Shown piece by piece: positions 18,055 to 26,548 of a stretch of 64,000 bases of DNA. A program made the translations under genes and the position numbers. Every line of letters starts with the position of its first letter. Positions within the stretch are counted from its first letter, which is position 1. The stretch comes from Candidatus Micrarchaeia archaeon (lineage in GTDB: Archaea > Micrarchaeota > Micrarchaeia > Anstonellales > Anstonellaceae): contig JBAZYD010000009.1 in NCBI GenBank assembly GCA_041659465.1, positions 4,279-68,278 of the forward strand, read 5' to 3'. Below the pieces are notes generated by a model. That model was not told where the DNA came from. It made no database searches and was given only the letters and a program-made list of their open reading frames with translations.

Positions 18055-18807
18055 ATGCAGCTTTTGAAGCTAGGGGGGAGCGTGCTCACGAAGAAGCATG
18101 GCTTCATGGAGGCGGATACTGCCAGCATAGCAAAGCTCGCCGCTGCCGTGGGCAAAGCGTACAAGGCAGGCGTGCGCGACCTCATCATCGTTCACGGGGC
18201 AGGCTCGTTCGGGCATGCGCCGGTGCTGAAGTACAAGCTCAACGACGGCGTGAAAACGAAAAAACAAACATGGGCATGCGCGCTCACGCACTCGGCAAGC
18301 TCGCATTTCTCCTCGCACGTCACCGACGCGCTTATCAAGGCGGGCGTGCCGGCAATGTCGGTTCCGCCTGCGGACATTGCCAAGTCGAAAAACCGAAGAA
18401 TCGTCTTCATGGACAGGAAAGTCGTCTTCAACTGCCTGAAAAGCGGCTATGTGCCAGTTCTTTTCGGGGACATGATACCGGACTCCAAGCTCGGATGCTC
18501 GGTGTGCTCAGGCGACCAGATTGTGTCCTATTTCGGCAAATACGCCAAGAGAGTGGTGATGGCTACAAACGTGGACGGCGTGCTTGCGTGCGGGAAGCTG
18601 GTTCCGAGGATTACGCGCAAGAATTTTGCTGAGGTAAAGCGCCACCTCAAATGCTCAGGCGCGCCGGACGTGACAGGCGGCATGGAAGGGAAGATTCGCG
18701 AGATAATGAAATGCCGCACGCCCGCATACATCGTGAACGCGAGGAAGCCCGCGCGCGTGCTTGCGCTACTTATGGGGAAGAAGGCTATTTCTACAAGGAT
18801 AAATTAG
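18055..18807 (+). CDS. ipk: Isopentenyl phosphate kinase
   Basis: LKLGGSVLTKK..LIIVHGAGSFGH..GD.I..D....C.V.SGDQIV..ATNVDGV is the amino-acid-kinase-fold IPK signature. Confidence 0.85.
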   Translation: MQLLKLGGSVLTKKHGFMEADTASIAKLAAAVGKAYKAGVRDLIIVHGAGSFGHAPVLKYKLNDGVKTKKQTWACALTHSASSHFSSHVTDALIKAGVPAMSVPPADIAKSKNRRIVFMDRKVVFNCLKSGYVPVLFGDMIPDSKLGCSVCSGDQIVSYFGKYAKRVVMATNVDGVLACGKLVPRITRKNFAEVKRHLKCSGAPDVTGGMEGKIREIMKCRTPAYIVNARKPARVLALLMGKKAISTRIN

Positions 18808-18831
18808 GCGCCGCCATCAAACGCATTTTGA
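18750..18831. repeat. Copy 1 of the duplicated IPK 3' end (23-nt identical core 18760-18782) plus 19-nt repeat 18813-18831
   Basis: cttgcgctacttatggggaagaa recurs at 19899-19921. gccatcaaacgcattttga recurs at 19376-19394. Confidence 0.8.
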
Positions 18832-18877
18832 AGCATCAATATAAACATTTGTCAGCATAATGAGGCATGGTGATTGG

Positions 18878-19315
18878 ATGTTCGTTTTCCAGACCAGCAA
18901 AGTGATGCCAACGGATGCAAACTTTCAACAGAGGCAGGAAGATGCCTCGAAGAAAGCTAAACAACAGGATAAAATGAAATATATACCTGTGCAGACAAAA
19001 AGCACAAATGTGTCGCTTGATGATGTAAAAAAGATTTTGGGCGATGATTACAAGAATTGGCGCGTGTTGTATCAGTTGAATACAAAGTCCATGGAAAAGA
19101 ATGAGACTCTGAGTGGCGGGGACTATGATGTTGGTGGGTTGGCCCGCAATTACGAGCTATTTAGCCAAGTCTATACAAAGGGAAATTACGACAAGCTTAC
19201 TGCTGTTTGTGACAAGCTGGATGCCCTGACAAAGACGAATCAGGACTTGCTTGCGACGAATAAAGCCCTGCTTGCGGCAACGAAGGAGCTGGTCGAGCTT
19301 CAGAAGAAAAAATAA
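18878..19315 (+). CDS. Hypothetical protein with coiled-coil C-terminus, in an A+T-richer insert
   Basis: GGTGAT RBS then ATG 18878. The C-terminus DKLDALTKTNQDLLATNKALLAATKELVELQKKK is heptad-like. Confidence 0.55.
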   Translation: MFVFQTSKVMPTDANFQQRQEDASKKAKQQDKMKYIPVQTKSTNVSLDDVKKILGDDYKNWRVLYQLNTKSMEKNETLSGGDYDVGGLARNYELFSQVYTKGNYDKLTAVCDKLDALTKTNQDLLATNKALLAATKELVELQKKK

Positions 19316-19598
19316 CAGCTCCCAGAGAAGGAAACCCGCGGCATGCCATGGGGAGCCCTGATGCCCGTTCAGGCTGCCATCAAACGCATTTTGAGCCATG
19401 ACCAAGGCGCATGCTGCCAGGGCAATCCCAGCGCACTTGCGCAAATCAATTGTTCACGTACATAAACAAACTAGGCTGCCTTTAATACGTGGCAAACAGT
19501 CATTTTACGTGTATATTTATAAGCTTATCACGCCATAATACATGCTGCAGGCAGGCGAACAGCAGTATTTGGGAAAATACTAGTGGGAGGGGATTGGT

Positions 19599-19946
19599 AT
19601 GAACGTTCTAGATTCCGTGCCATCGTTTCCGAATGATGGGGAATATTTATATTCGCATTCAGCCCTAATCAGAGCCATGGCAAACACACCTATTTCCCCT
19701 GAAACGCAGAGCATGCTTGCATCCCTTACGATTGAAAGCCTGAGAAGCAACCACCCTGACCTTGCCGAGATGGTGCAGGACATCGTGCTTGATTTGCCAG
19801 ACGAGCATGCCGAGATTTTCGGCGCAGAGGAGTCGCTTTATTCGCTTGTGAAAATCGCCGAGAAGCTGGGAGGCGGAAGCAACAGGAAGGAGCGCGCGCT
19901 TGCGCTACTTATGGGGAAGAAAGCGGTTTCCACTCGCATAAATTAG
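19599..19946 (+). CDS. Hypothetical protein whose last 17 residues duplicate the IPK C-terminus
   Basis: 115 aa. GGAGG RBS. Ends ..RALALLMGKKAVSTRIN*, versus IPK ..RVLALLMGKKAISTRIN*. Confidence 0.55.
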   Translation: MNVLDSVPSFPNDGEYLYSHSALIRAMANTPISPETQSMLASLTIESLRSNHPDLAEMVQDIVLDLPDEHAEIFGAEESLYSLVKIAEKLGGGSNRKERALALLMGKKAVSTRIN

Positions 19947-19950
19947 GCGC
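19892..19950. repeat. Copy 2 of the duplicated IPK 3' end
   Basis: gcgcgcgcttgcgctacttatggggaagaaagcggtttccactcgcataaattaggcgcc. Downstream of the identical core, 6 codons differ from copy 1 (5 synonymous, 1 Ile/Val). Confidence 0.8.
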
Positions 19951-20049
19951 CCAGGCATGCGGCAGCTTTCCTTGTTTTTCCCAGGCAGCAACGTCGGTGC
20001 ATATGCATTTATAAACACTTCCTAACATATTATACAACAGGTGATTGAT

Positions 20050-21315
20050 ATGGCGGAAATTATGACCCAAAACAGGCGCAACGAGCTAGGGATCACCGGG
20101 CAGGTGCAGGAACGCGCAAAGAAAGAGGGTGTGCGTTCGAGGTGCATTATTTCAGATAAGGATTTCAGCAGGCTTCTTCAGATAAGGGACGCGATGGCTG
20201 AGAAGGCTGTGGAAAAACCCACTCCCAGCGGGCCGAGGGCTGAGGAAAAGAAGGCGGCGGAAAAACCCACCCCCAGCTGGCCAGTGGAATATGCGAACGA
20301 GGACTATGCAGCCGAGCTGGTTGCCCTCGGCGCCGCGAGGTGGACTACATCCCAGGCGCATTATTCGAAAGGCGGGTCCCACCTTGGCGGAGGAGGCAGG
20401 ACCCTGAAAGTGGTGGGCGGCGGCGGAGATGAATATATGGCCAAAGGTTCCAAGTCTACTCGCTGGATCCCGTCAAGCGTCCATTATGAAGCGTGCGAGG
20501 ACATGCTGTCCGCCAAGACCCCAGAGGAGCAGGTAAGGCTTGGCAGGGAGTACGTGGATCTCCTCAAAAAGGATGAGTGCCCAAACAAACTCAGCTTTTT
20601 GGCAGGATACAACAATGAAAAGATGGCCGTTAAGATAGCGCCAGAAGTGATTGAATATGCGGGCAGGGAAATCCTCCCATTGCTGTACAAGGAAATGGCT
20701 GACTTGGGCAATCACGGCTGGGAAGCAGTGGAATCAGGCGAGGCATATGTCCGCGCAGTCGTGAATGCCAAGGGCGTGCCATTGGAGAAAAAGCAGGAAC
20801 TGCTCGGAGCCATGGCAAATGCTGTTCCCTCCACTGAGTACAGCCCAGTTCCCTGCTTGATGCTGCATAAGGAAAGCATCAGGCTGGCAAAGCTTGTATT
20901 GGGCGGGCTCAAGCTCGGGGTGGATTTCAAGAGCCTGATGCCTGAAGAATGGAATATCGGCATCTGGATAATCGAAAATGACGGTCCGGCAATGCCATTC
21001 CCCACTCCAATCAATGTGAATGCGCGCCCCGAGTCATTTGCCAAGTCCCTCTCTAGCCTTGTATCCCTCAAAGCGGGGGATGAATTGCTGTATGGCATGT
21101 GCAGGCTGATGGTCGAGGCAAAGGACACCCAGCAGCAGTTCGTATTCGGCAGGGAATATGTCTGGGCGCTTGCAGCGGGCAGGCGGCTTGATTTGCTCAG
21201 GAATCTGGCGGCATACTCCAATGCAGGGGCGGATGTGAAGATAGCTCCGTATATCATAAGCCATGCAAAGGGCTACATCCCAAAGGAGATTCCAAAGGAA
21301 GCAGTGCAGGCATAA
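20050..21315 (+). CDS. Hypothetical protein with internal duplications
   Basis: GGTGAT RBS then ATG 20050. Repeats EKAVEKPTPSGP/KKAAEKPTPSWP and ..GREYVDLL..LSFLAGYNNEKMAVKIAPEVIEYA.. / ..GREYVWAL..LRNLAAYSNAGADVKIAPYIISHA.. Confidence 0.6.
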   Translation: MAEIMTQNRRNELGITGQVQERAKKEGVRSRCIISDKDFSRLLQIRDAMAEKAVEKPTPSGPRAEEKKAAEKPTPSWPVEYANEDYAAELVALGAARWTTSQAHYSKGGSHLGGGGRTLKVVGGGGDEYMAKGSKSTRWIPSSVHYEACEDMLSAKTPEEQVRLGREYVDLLKKDECPNKLSFLAGYNNEKMAVKIAPEVIEYAGREILPLLYKEMADLGNHGWEAVESGEAYVRAVVNAKGVPLEKKQELLGAMANAVPSTEYSPVPCLMLHKESIRLAKLVLGGLKLGVDFKSLMPEEWNIGIWIIENDGPAMPFPTPINVNARPESFAKSLSSLVSLKAGDELLYGMCRLMVEAKDTQQQFVFGREYVWALAAGRRLDLLRNLAAYSNAGADVKIAPYIISHAKGYIPKEIPKEAVQA

Positions 21316-21328
21316 AAACCGCTTTGCT

Positions 21329-21364
21329 GGATGCAACATCCTTTTTATTTTTCTTTTATTTTTC
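21329..21364 (+). terminator. Hairpin plus T-rich tract
   Basis: GGATG-caa-CATCC followed by tttttatttttcttttattttt. Confidence 0.55.
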
Positions 21365-21484
21365 CTTAGTGGCAGCTAGTGGCTGTTACACCGGCATCCT
21401 ACCGTCTCCGACTCTTTATATACCAGCGAAAGCCCGTGTGTAGATGCCAAGGCGAAAGATGAAAAGCCCGGCAAGGTGACCAAC

Positions 21485-21673
21485 ATGAAGATAAACATCG
21501 AGGAACTGTCGTACGAGGAGATAAAGGACGTGGTGGACCGCTTGCGCGCCATGAAGATTGAGAGCAAGTTTTCGCGATTGGGCTCGAGCATTGTGCTTCA
21601 GACCGAGCAGGGGCCCATGGTGATTGCGCGCAACGAGGCAGTGGAGCTTTTCGGCATCCCTGCCGTGTTTTAG
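21485..21673 (+). CDS. Small hypothetical protein (62 aa)
   Basis: AAGGTGA RBS then ATG 21485. MKINIEELSYEEIKDVVDRLRAMKIE.. Confidence 0.45.
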   Translation: MKINIEELSYEEIKDVVDRLRAMKIESKFSRLGSSIVLQTEQGPMVIARNEAVELFGIPAVF

Positions 21674-21887
21674 CAGGTTGAACGAGGTGGCATTCATGCA
21701 ATACGAAACTGCGAAGATAGCAAGCGGGGCATGGCGCGCTAGGCGAGAGCGCGACAGCTGGTCGCTCAGCAGAGCGAGCGGATGGAAGCTGCGCATTGAC
21801 AGGTACATTGCGCTGCAGGCTGCTTTCGAACGGCGGAGGCTAGGGTGAGAAGGCAGATATATAAATGTATATGTATACATATACATT

Positions 21888-22136
21888 ATGAGCAGGCTGA
21901 TAAACGTGTCCGACTCCGTGTACGAGCAGCTGACGCGCATAAAGCGCGCAAAAGGGCAGAGCTACAGCGAAGCGATTGCAGGCATGCTGCCAAGCGAAGG
22001 CGCCAGCACTGCAAAAACGGACAATTGGGACGACCTGATTGCCTGGATTAAGGAAAACGACAAGAAATTCAAAGGGAAGAAGGTGAAAATAGACCACGAC
22101 CAGATATTGTACGGTGACTCCGATGATGGTTCTTGA
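21888..22136 (+). CDS. vapB: Antitoxin (VapB-like) of a type II TA pair
   Basis: 82 aa. N-terminus MSRLINVSDSVYEQLTRIKRAKGQSYSEAI is RHH/antitoxin-like. Overlaps the PIN gene by 14 nt. Confidence 0.6.
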   Translation: MSRLINVSDSVYEQLTRIKRAKGQSYSEAIAGMLPSEGASTAKTDNWDDLIAWIKENDKKFKGKKVKIDHDQILYGDSDDGS

Positions 22137-22500
22137 CACTTCTTTTTTAGTTTCACTTTTTCTTCCGGAAGATGACAACCATGCCAAGGCATTGGAAATG
22201 TTCGAGAATCACCGCAACGAGGAAATGCTGCTGATTGACACTATCCTTTTTGAGACTCTTTCTGTCCTGAATCGCAGGCACGGGGTTGAAGCCGCGAAAA
22301 GCGCATATGAAAAGCTTGTTGCGAACACCAAGCTGCAGGTCCATTACCTTACTGATGCCCAGCGCAAGGAGGTGCTGGAGCAGTTCCTTTCGCAAAAAGG
22401 CAGGCTGAGCACGGCAGACATGTCCGTTGTCCACGCATGCAAGACAGCGCTTGCAGCGCCATTGGCATTCGACAAGGAACTGCTCAAGCATATCGGATGA
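22123..22500 (+). CDS. vapC: PIN-domain ribonuclease toxin VapC
   Basis: MMVLDTSFLVSLF (first Asp), ..LIDTILFETLSVL (Glu), ..LSTADMSVVHAC (Asp) form the PIN acidic triad. Confidence 0.75.
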   Translation: MMVLDTSFLVSLFLPEDDNHAKALEMFENHRNEEMLLIDTILFETLSVLNRRHGVEAAKSAYEKLVANTKLQVHYLTDAQRKEVLEQFLSQKGRLSTADMSVVHACKTALAAPLAFDKELLKHIG

Positions 22501-22534
22501 CGCCGAGGGAAATTGCAGGATTTAAGAAAAAAAA

Positions 22535-23683
22535 TCAAGCCGGGCCGCTGGTTTCCCGCGGGATAACGGCTTCGATGGACAGCAGCATCTCTTTTTGGTA
22601 GCCGATGAGCTGGCCCGCTCTTTCCCTCTCCTGAATAATTGTTCTTGCCTGCTTTAGCGCTTCGATGATTTTTGCTTTCGAAGGCTTCCTGTCGGCTGTT
22701 GCATCCAGGAAACAGCAGAGGATGCCAAAGCATGCGAATGCGCCGTAGATTCTCATGCCTTCTTTCAGCCTTGCCGCCTCATTCATGCCTTCTTCCGCAC
22801 CATATTCCGCAGTCATATGCTTCACGAGCATGGGCAGGATTGGCGACATGCCCACGCCCTGGCGATAGGCTGCGCCAAGCACGATATGGATTCCGTCGAA
22901 AAGGCATTTTCCGCCGCCATCGGCGTCCGCGCCCTTGCTCATGGTTGCGTCAAGTGCATCTTGGATTGCATCGGATAGGCGTTTTGTGTCATAGCCAGGG
23001 TAATTGCTATTGCCCAGGAGGGCCATATTTTGCCTGTTGAAATGGTTTTTTGCTTTGCCGACAAGGCAATTGCCATCCTTGCTGATGGCTGCGCCAAGCG
23101 CAGCCTGGATTGCATCGGATAGGCGTTTTGTGTCATAGCCTGGGTAATCGCTATTGCCCAGGAGGGCCATGTTTTGCCTGTTGAAATGGTCTTTTGCTTC
23201 GCCGATGGGGCAATTGCCGTTTTTCAGGAGAGCCTTGTAGTGCTTGAGAAGCCTTGGCCGCTCAATGAGGGAGAAAATGAGCCCCATCATCCCTTTTCCC
23301 CGGAAAAGCGAAGTATGGATTTCAAGCCTGTCGCGGATTTCCACGCCCAAAAGTATGCTGTCGGCGGTTTTTTTCGAGTAGGAGCCCTTTTCGCTGTTGC
23401 GCGAGATTTCGGCGATGATTCGCTGCGCGCATTCGAAGCGCAGTTCGCTTTTCCTGTCCCCCGCCATGTCCTTCATCTGGGGAAACAGCTCGCCCAGGTC
23501 AGCCCCGTACGCGCATGCCTGGCAAAGCACGTCGGTTGCGTATTTCAATGGCAGCCGTTCCTCTGTTTTCAGCATTGCCGAATAGTTGGCGAGCAGGCTG
23601 GGATTTTTAGATAGCTCCCATGCGAGAAGCCTGCGTTCAGCCGCCCCCTTGCCAATCTCGTTTTTTATCATTCCATATTCCAT
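22535..23683 (-). CDS. Hypothetical protein with a 48-aa tandem repeat
   Basis: ATG 23683 (MEYGMIKNE..). An upstream GTG at 23800 is possible. The repeat is ..GNC.(I/V)G.AK.HFNRQNMALLGNS.YPGYDTKRLSDAIQ.AL.. x2. Confidence 0.55.
   Translation of the reverse strand: MEYGMIKNEIGKGAAERRLLAWELSKNPSLLANYSAMLKTEERLPLKYATDVLCQACAYGADLGELFPQMKDMAGDRKSELRFECAQRIIAEISRNSEKGSYSKKTADSILLGVEIRDRLEIHTSLFRGKGMMGLIFSLIERPRLLKHYKALLKNGNCPIGEAKDHFNRQNMALLGNSDYPGYDTKRLSDAIQAALGAAISKDGNCLVGKAKNHFNRQNMALLGNSNYPGYDTKRLSDAIQDALDATMSKGADADGGGKCLFDGIHIVLGAAYRQGVGMSPILPMLVKHMTAEYGAEEGMNEAARLKEGMRIYGAFACFGILCCFLDATADRKPSKAKIIEALKQARTIIQERERAGQLIGYQKEMLLSIEAVIPRETSGPA
22963..23225. repeat. Tandem 144-nt intragenic direct repeat (about 1.8 copies)
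   Basis: ggattgcatcggataggcgttttgtgtcatagcc.. starts at 22963 and again at 23107, with few substitutions. Confidence 0.85.
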
Positions 23684-23816
23684 CTGCGAGAATCCGCGCT
23701 TGGGAGGGCGGGCAAACGGCGCGCGCCCGCTCTGGTTGTAGAACTGCTGCAGGCTGGGCCAGCTTCGATTCCAAGTCTGCCGTGTTTTCTGCAAAGCCAC
23801 ACCGGCACTTATCAGT

Positions 23817-23841
23817 GGCAAAACGAATTTAAAGCAGTAGC
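23817..23841 (-). promoter_or_regulatory. Shared promoter block with TTTAAAT TATA box (copy 1)
   Basis: Minus strand GCTACTGCTTTAAATTCGTTTTGCC, 25/25 identical to 28337-28361. Weaker similarity continues upstream. Confidence 0.6.
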
Positions 23842-23945
23842 CATAAGTGGAAAGATGGAAAAAAGGTTGCAGGAATGCGCAGACCACCTCAGTTGGGCGG
23901 CGGCACTGCGGGCTCCTTGCGGGCGCTCAGGCATATCCTGCGTGG

Positions 23946-26507
23946 TTAGTTGGAAACCGGCACGGTGGACTCCTTTTTCCTTGCCTTTTCCAGCATGAGC
24001 TGCTTTGCGGCTTCGACAGGCATGTAAGTGCCATTCTCCCTCGCAGCCTTTATGGCATTGTTGTAGCCGTCCTGGCCGGTGTACCATGGGTAGTTGGGAT
24101 AGAGCGAATAGCGCTCCTCCATTGTCCCGAACGCAGGCACCACTTTTTCCGCCAATTCCTCCACGCCTGCCACGCCGGGCGAGCTTGGCAATCTGACCAC
24201 AGTCACGCGCGCGTTTTTCGGCATGCCCTTGAAATCCTGGACAGAGTGCCTGTAGTCCAGCCAAGCGGCCGTGCGGCTGTAAAGCCCTGCCGAGAGGAAG
24301 CCGTCCCTCATGATTCCGCTCAGGTCCCTCATAGTCCCAACCGTCACGGGCGTCCCTTCGGCAGCCCCGACTTCCCAGAAGGCAAGCCCGAGCGGCACGC
24401 CGCCCGATTCGCTTTGCAGGAATTTCATGCCCCGCTCAGACGCCAGGTCTATTTGCACGTACCTCAATTTGGGCGCCACCGAAAGCCCAAGGCTCCCGTG
24501 GAACAGCAGCCTGCCCCAGGTCAGCGAGACCATCCCCGGGCTTTCCTGGTTCACAGGCTCGGTTTCCAGCACGAAGTATTTCAGCTTGTTGCCGGAAATG
24601 GGCGTCTTGTATGAAGCGCTTATCCCGATTTTATTGAATGACTGCTCCGCGGCATGGGCCATCTCGTTGCCCAGGTCAAGCGTGGAAGAAAAGAGCAGGG
24701 TGGCGATGCCGCGCCTCCGCTCCACCTCGGGGACAGCAACGTGCGCCCAGTACATTGCGTTGACCTTTTTCGCCCCTATGAAGTTGCCATCGCACACGCC
24801 GATTATCTTGCCTTCCTTGTCCTTTGCCACGACGAGGTAATAGCGCTGGTAAAGCGGCGCTTTAAGGTCGGGAGCCACTTTTGAAAAGCTCTGGCTGCAG
24901 AGCTTGGCATAGTTCCTGCCGTTCTGGAATTGCATTTCCACGATGTCCGTGGCAGGGTCGAGCTCGTCGCTCGGGAAATACCTGCGCAGCATGGCGTAGG
25001 CTTCCTTGAAGTCGCGGGAGTTGATGTCGTTGAGCCGCTCGCAATACACCCCTTCCTTCACCACTTTGATGAGCGCGTCCTTGTTCGCGCCTGGCTGGAG
25101 GAGCTTCATTTCGGTTTCCAGCCTCTCGTTCGCAGGCGCAGGCCTGGAAGCCATCGCTGCGACATTGCGCTTGCCTGACTGCTGCCTTTCCCAGTCCAGC
25201 ATGCGCCCGAAATATTCTTCAGCCTCGGCTCGGTTGAGTTTGCCCCTTGCCAGCAAGTCAATGACCCATGCGGCATATGCCTCCCGCTCGGCTGCGAACA
25301 GCGATTTGAGGTTAAGGAGCGCATCTGCCTGCTTTTTCGCAGCAGGGCCTGTTTCTGCATTGGCAGCCGCTGTTTTGAGCGCGGAGATTTGCGCCTCCAT
25401 GCCTGCGTCGATTTTGGCAATGGCGCCTGCCTGGCTTTTGGAAAGCCCCGCCTTCACGACGGGCCATGCCTCGGCTGGCATTGCCTTGGCTTTGGAGATT
25501 TTTTGCTTCAATATATCCGGCTTGCCTGCGGCTTTCGCAGGCTTGAAGAAGCCCAAGCCGGCATCCATGATGAAAAACTGCAGGAATGTTTCGAGGAAAT
25601 AGCCGGCTATTGCCCCGGTATCCGGGCTGTAGGACGGGTCGGCCTTGATTTGGCGCCGAAGCTCCGCCCGCGCATTGTCCACCGCAATGGCAAGCTTTCC
25701 AAGCTCCCCTCCGTCGCCTACGGCAGGCTTTCCTGCGCCATGGAGCAGCAAGGAAAGCTCGTCAAGCGCGCCTGCGGCGTCTGTGTTTATGCGGGCCATT
25801 GCCTTTGAGAGCTTGTTGAACGAGTAATATTCCGAGCCAACCCCGAGGGCCATGAAGAACGTTGCGCCCTTGTATGCGCGGTCGGCAGTCTCCCATGCGC
25901 CGCCTTTTGCCATGAACCGCTCCACTGCCATGGCAATGCCCTTGCGGGTGGCGGACGCCATGCCGCCTGCGACCGTTACAAGCCCTGCCGCCATTGCCAT
26001 GTCCAGCGTGAAATCAAGCACTGATTTTGCATAGCCCACGCCGCGGATATCATAGTCGTTCAGGAGCTGCGCATATTTTGCCTGCGAGCCCAAAAGATTG
26101 AAATAGGTGCGTGAAATACCCTCAAGCGCGCTTGCGATTTTCTGAGAGTCGCTGCTTCTGAGGGCTGCCTTGAGCGAATTGTATTTGCCCTTGAAATCCG
26201 TGAAATCGGCATTGTATGCTGATCCAGACTTGATAAGGGCTGACGCCTTTTCGTCGAACCCCCGCCCCATGCCCACAAGCGCCCCGGCTTTATGAATGGT
26301 GCTCGAGTTTGAATACATCTGAAGCTTGGTGATGCCGCGGAACTGGCCTTCAAGCTGGTCAAATGCAACCTCGGTGCGCACATAGAGCTGGTCCAGCTTC
26401 TTGTTGAGCTCCTGCGAAGAAAAAGCCTTGGCCTGCTGCGCGGTTTGGGCGGATGCGGTTTTGGCAGTGGTCTGGAAAAGGAACATAACGCATTTTCCAT
26501 TAATCAT
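23946..26507 (-). CDS. Large (about 850 aa) hypothetical protein with a C-terminal-half GNAT acetyltransferase-like domain
   Basis: YYLVVAKDKEGKIIGVCDG..AHVAVPEVERRRGIATLLFSSTL resembles the GNAT motif A (R-x-x-G-x-A). The N-terminal ~480 aa are unknown, with hydrophobic segments. An alternative start is ATG 26486. Confidence 0.65.
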   Translation of the reverse strand: MINGKCVMFLFQTTAKTASAQTAQQAKAFSSQELNKKLDQLYVRTEVAFDQLEGQFRGITKLQMYSNSSTIHKAGALVGMGRGFDEKASALIKSGSAYNADFTDFKGKYNSLKAALRSSDSQKIASALEGISRTYFNLLGSQAKYAQLLNDYDIRGVGYAKSVLDFTLDMAMAAGLVTVAGGMASATRKGIAMAVERFMAKGGAWETADRAYKGATFFMALGVGSEYYSFNKLSKAMARINTDAAGALDELSLLLHGAGKPAVGDGGELGKLAIAVDNARAELRRQIKADPSYSPDTGAIAGYFLETFLQFFIMDAGLGFFKPAKAAGKPDILKQKISKAKAMPAEAWPVVKAGLSKSQAGAIAKIDAGMEAQISALKTAAANAETGPAAKKQADALLNLKSLFAAEREAYAAWVIDLLARGKLNRAEAEEYFGRMLDWERQQSGKRNVAAMASRPAPANERLETEMKLLQPGANKDALIKVVKEGVYCERLNDINSRDFKEAYAMLRRYFPSDELDPATDIVEMQFQNGRNYAKLCSQSFSKVAPDLKAPLYQRYYLVVAKDKEGKIIGVCDGNFIGAKKVNAMYWAHVAVPEVERRRGIATLLFSSTLDLGNEMAHAAEQSFNKIGISASYKTPISGNKLKYFVLETEPVNQESPGMVSLTWGRLLFHGSLGLSVAPKLRYVQIDLASERGMKFLQSESGGVPLGLAFWEVGAAEGTPVTVGTMRDLSGIMRDGFLSAGLYSRTAAWLDYRHSVQDFKGMPKNARVTVVRLPSSPGVAGVEELAEKVVPAFGTMEERYSLYPNYPWYTGQDGYNNAIKAARENGTYMPVEAAKQLMLEKARKKESTVPVSN

Positions 26508-26548
26508 ATTAAAAAATGTGCAGTCCTGCAGGTGCAGTGAAAAACAAT

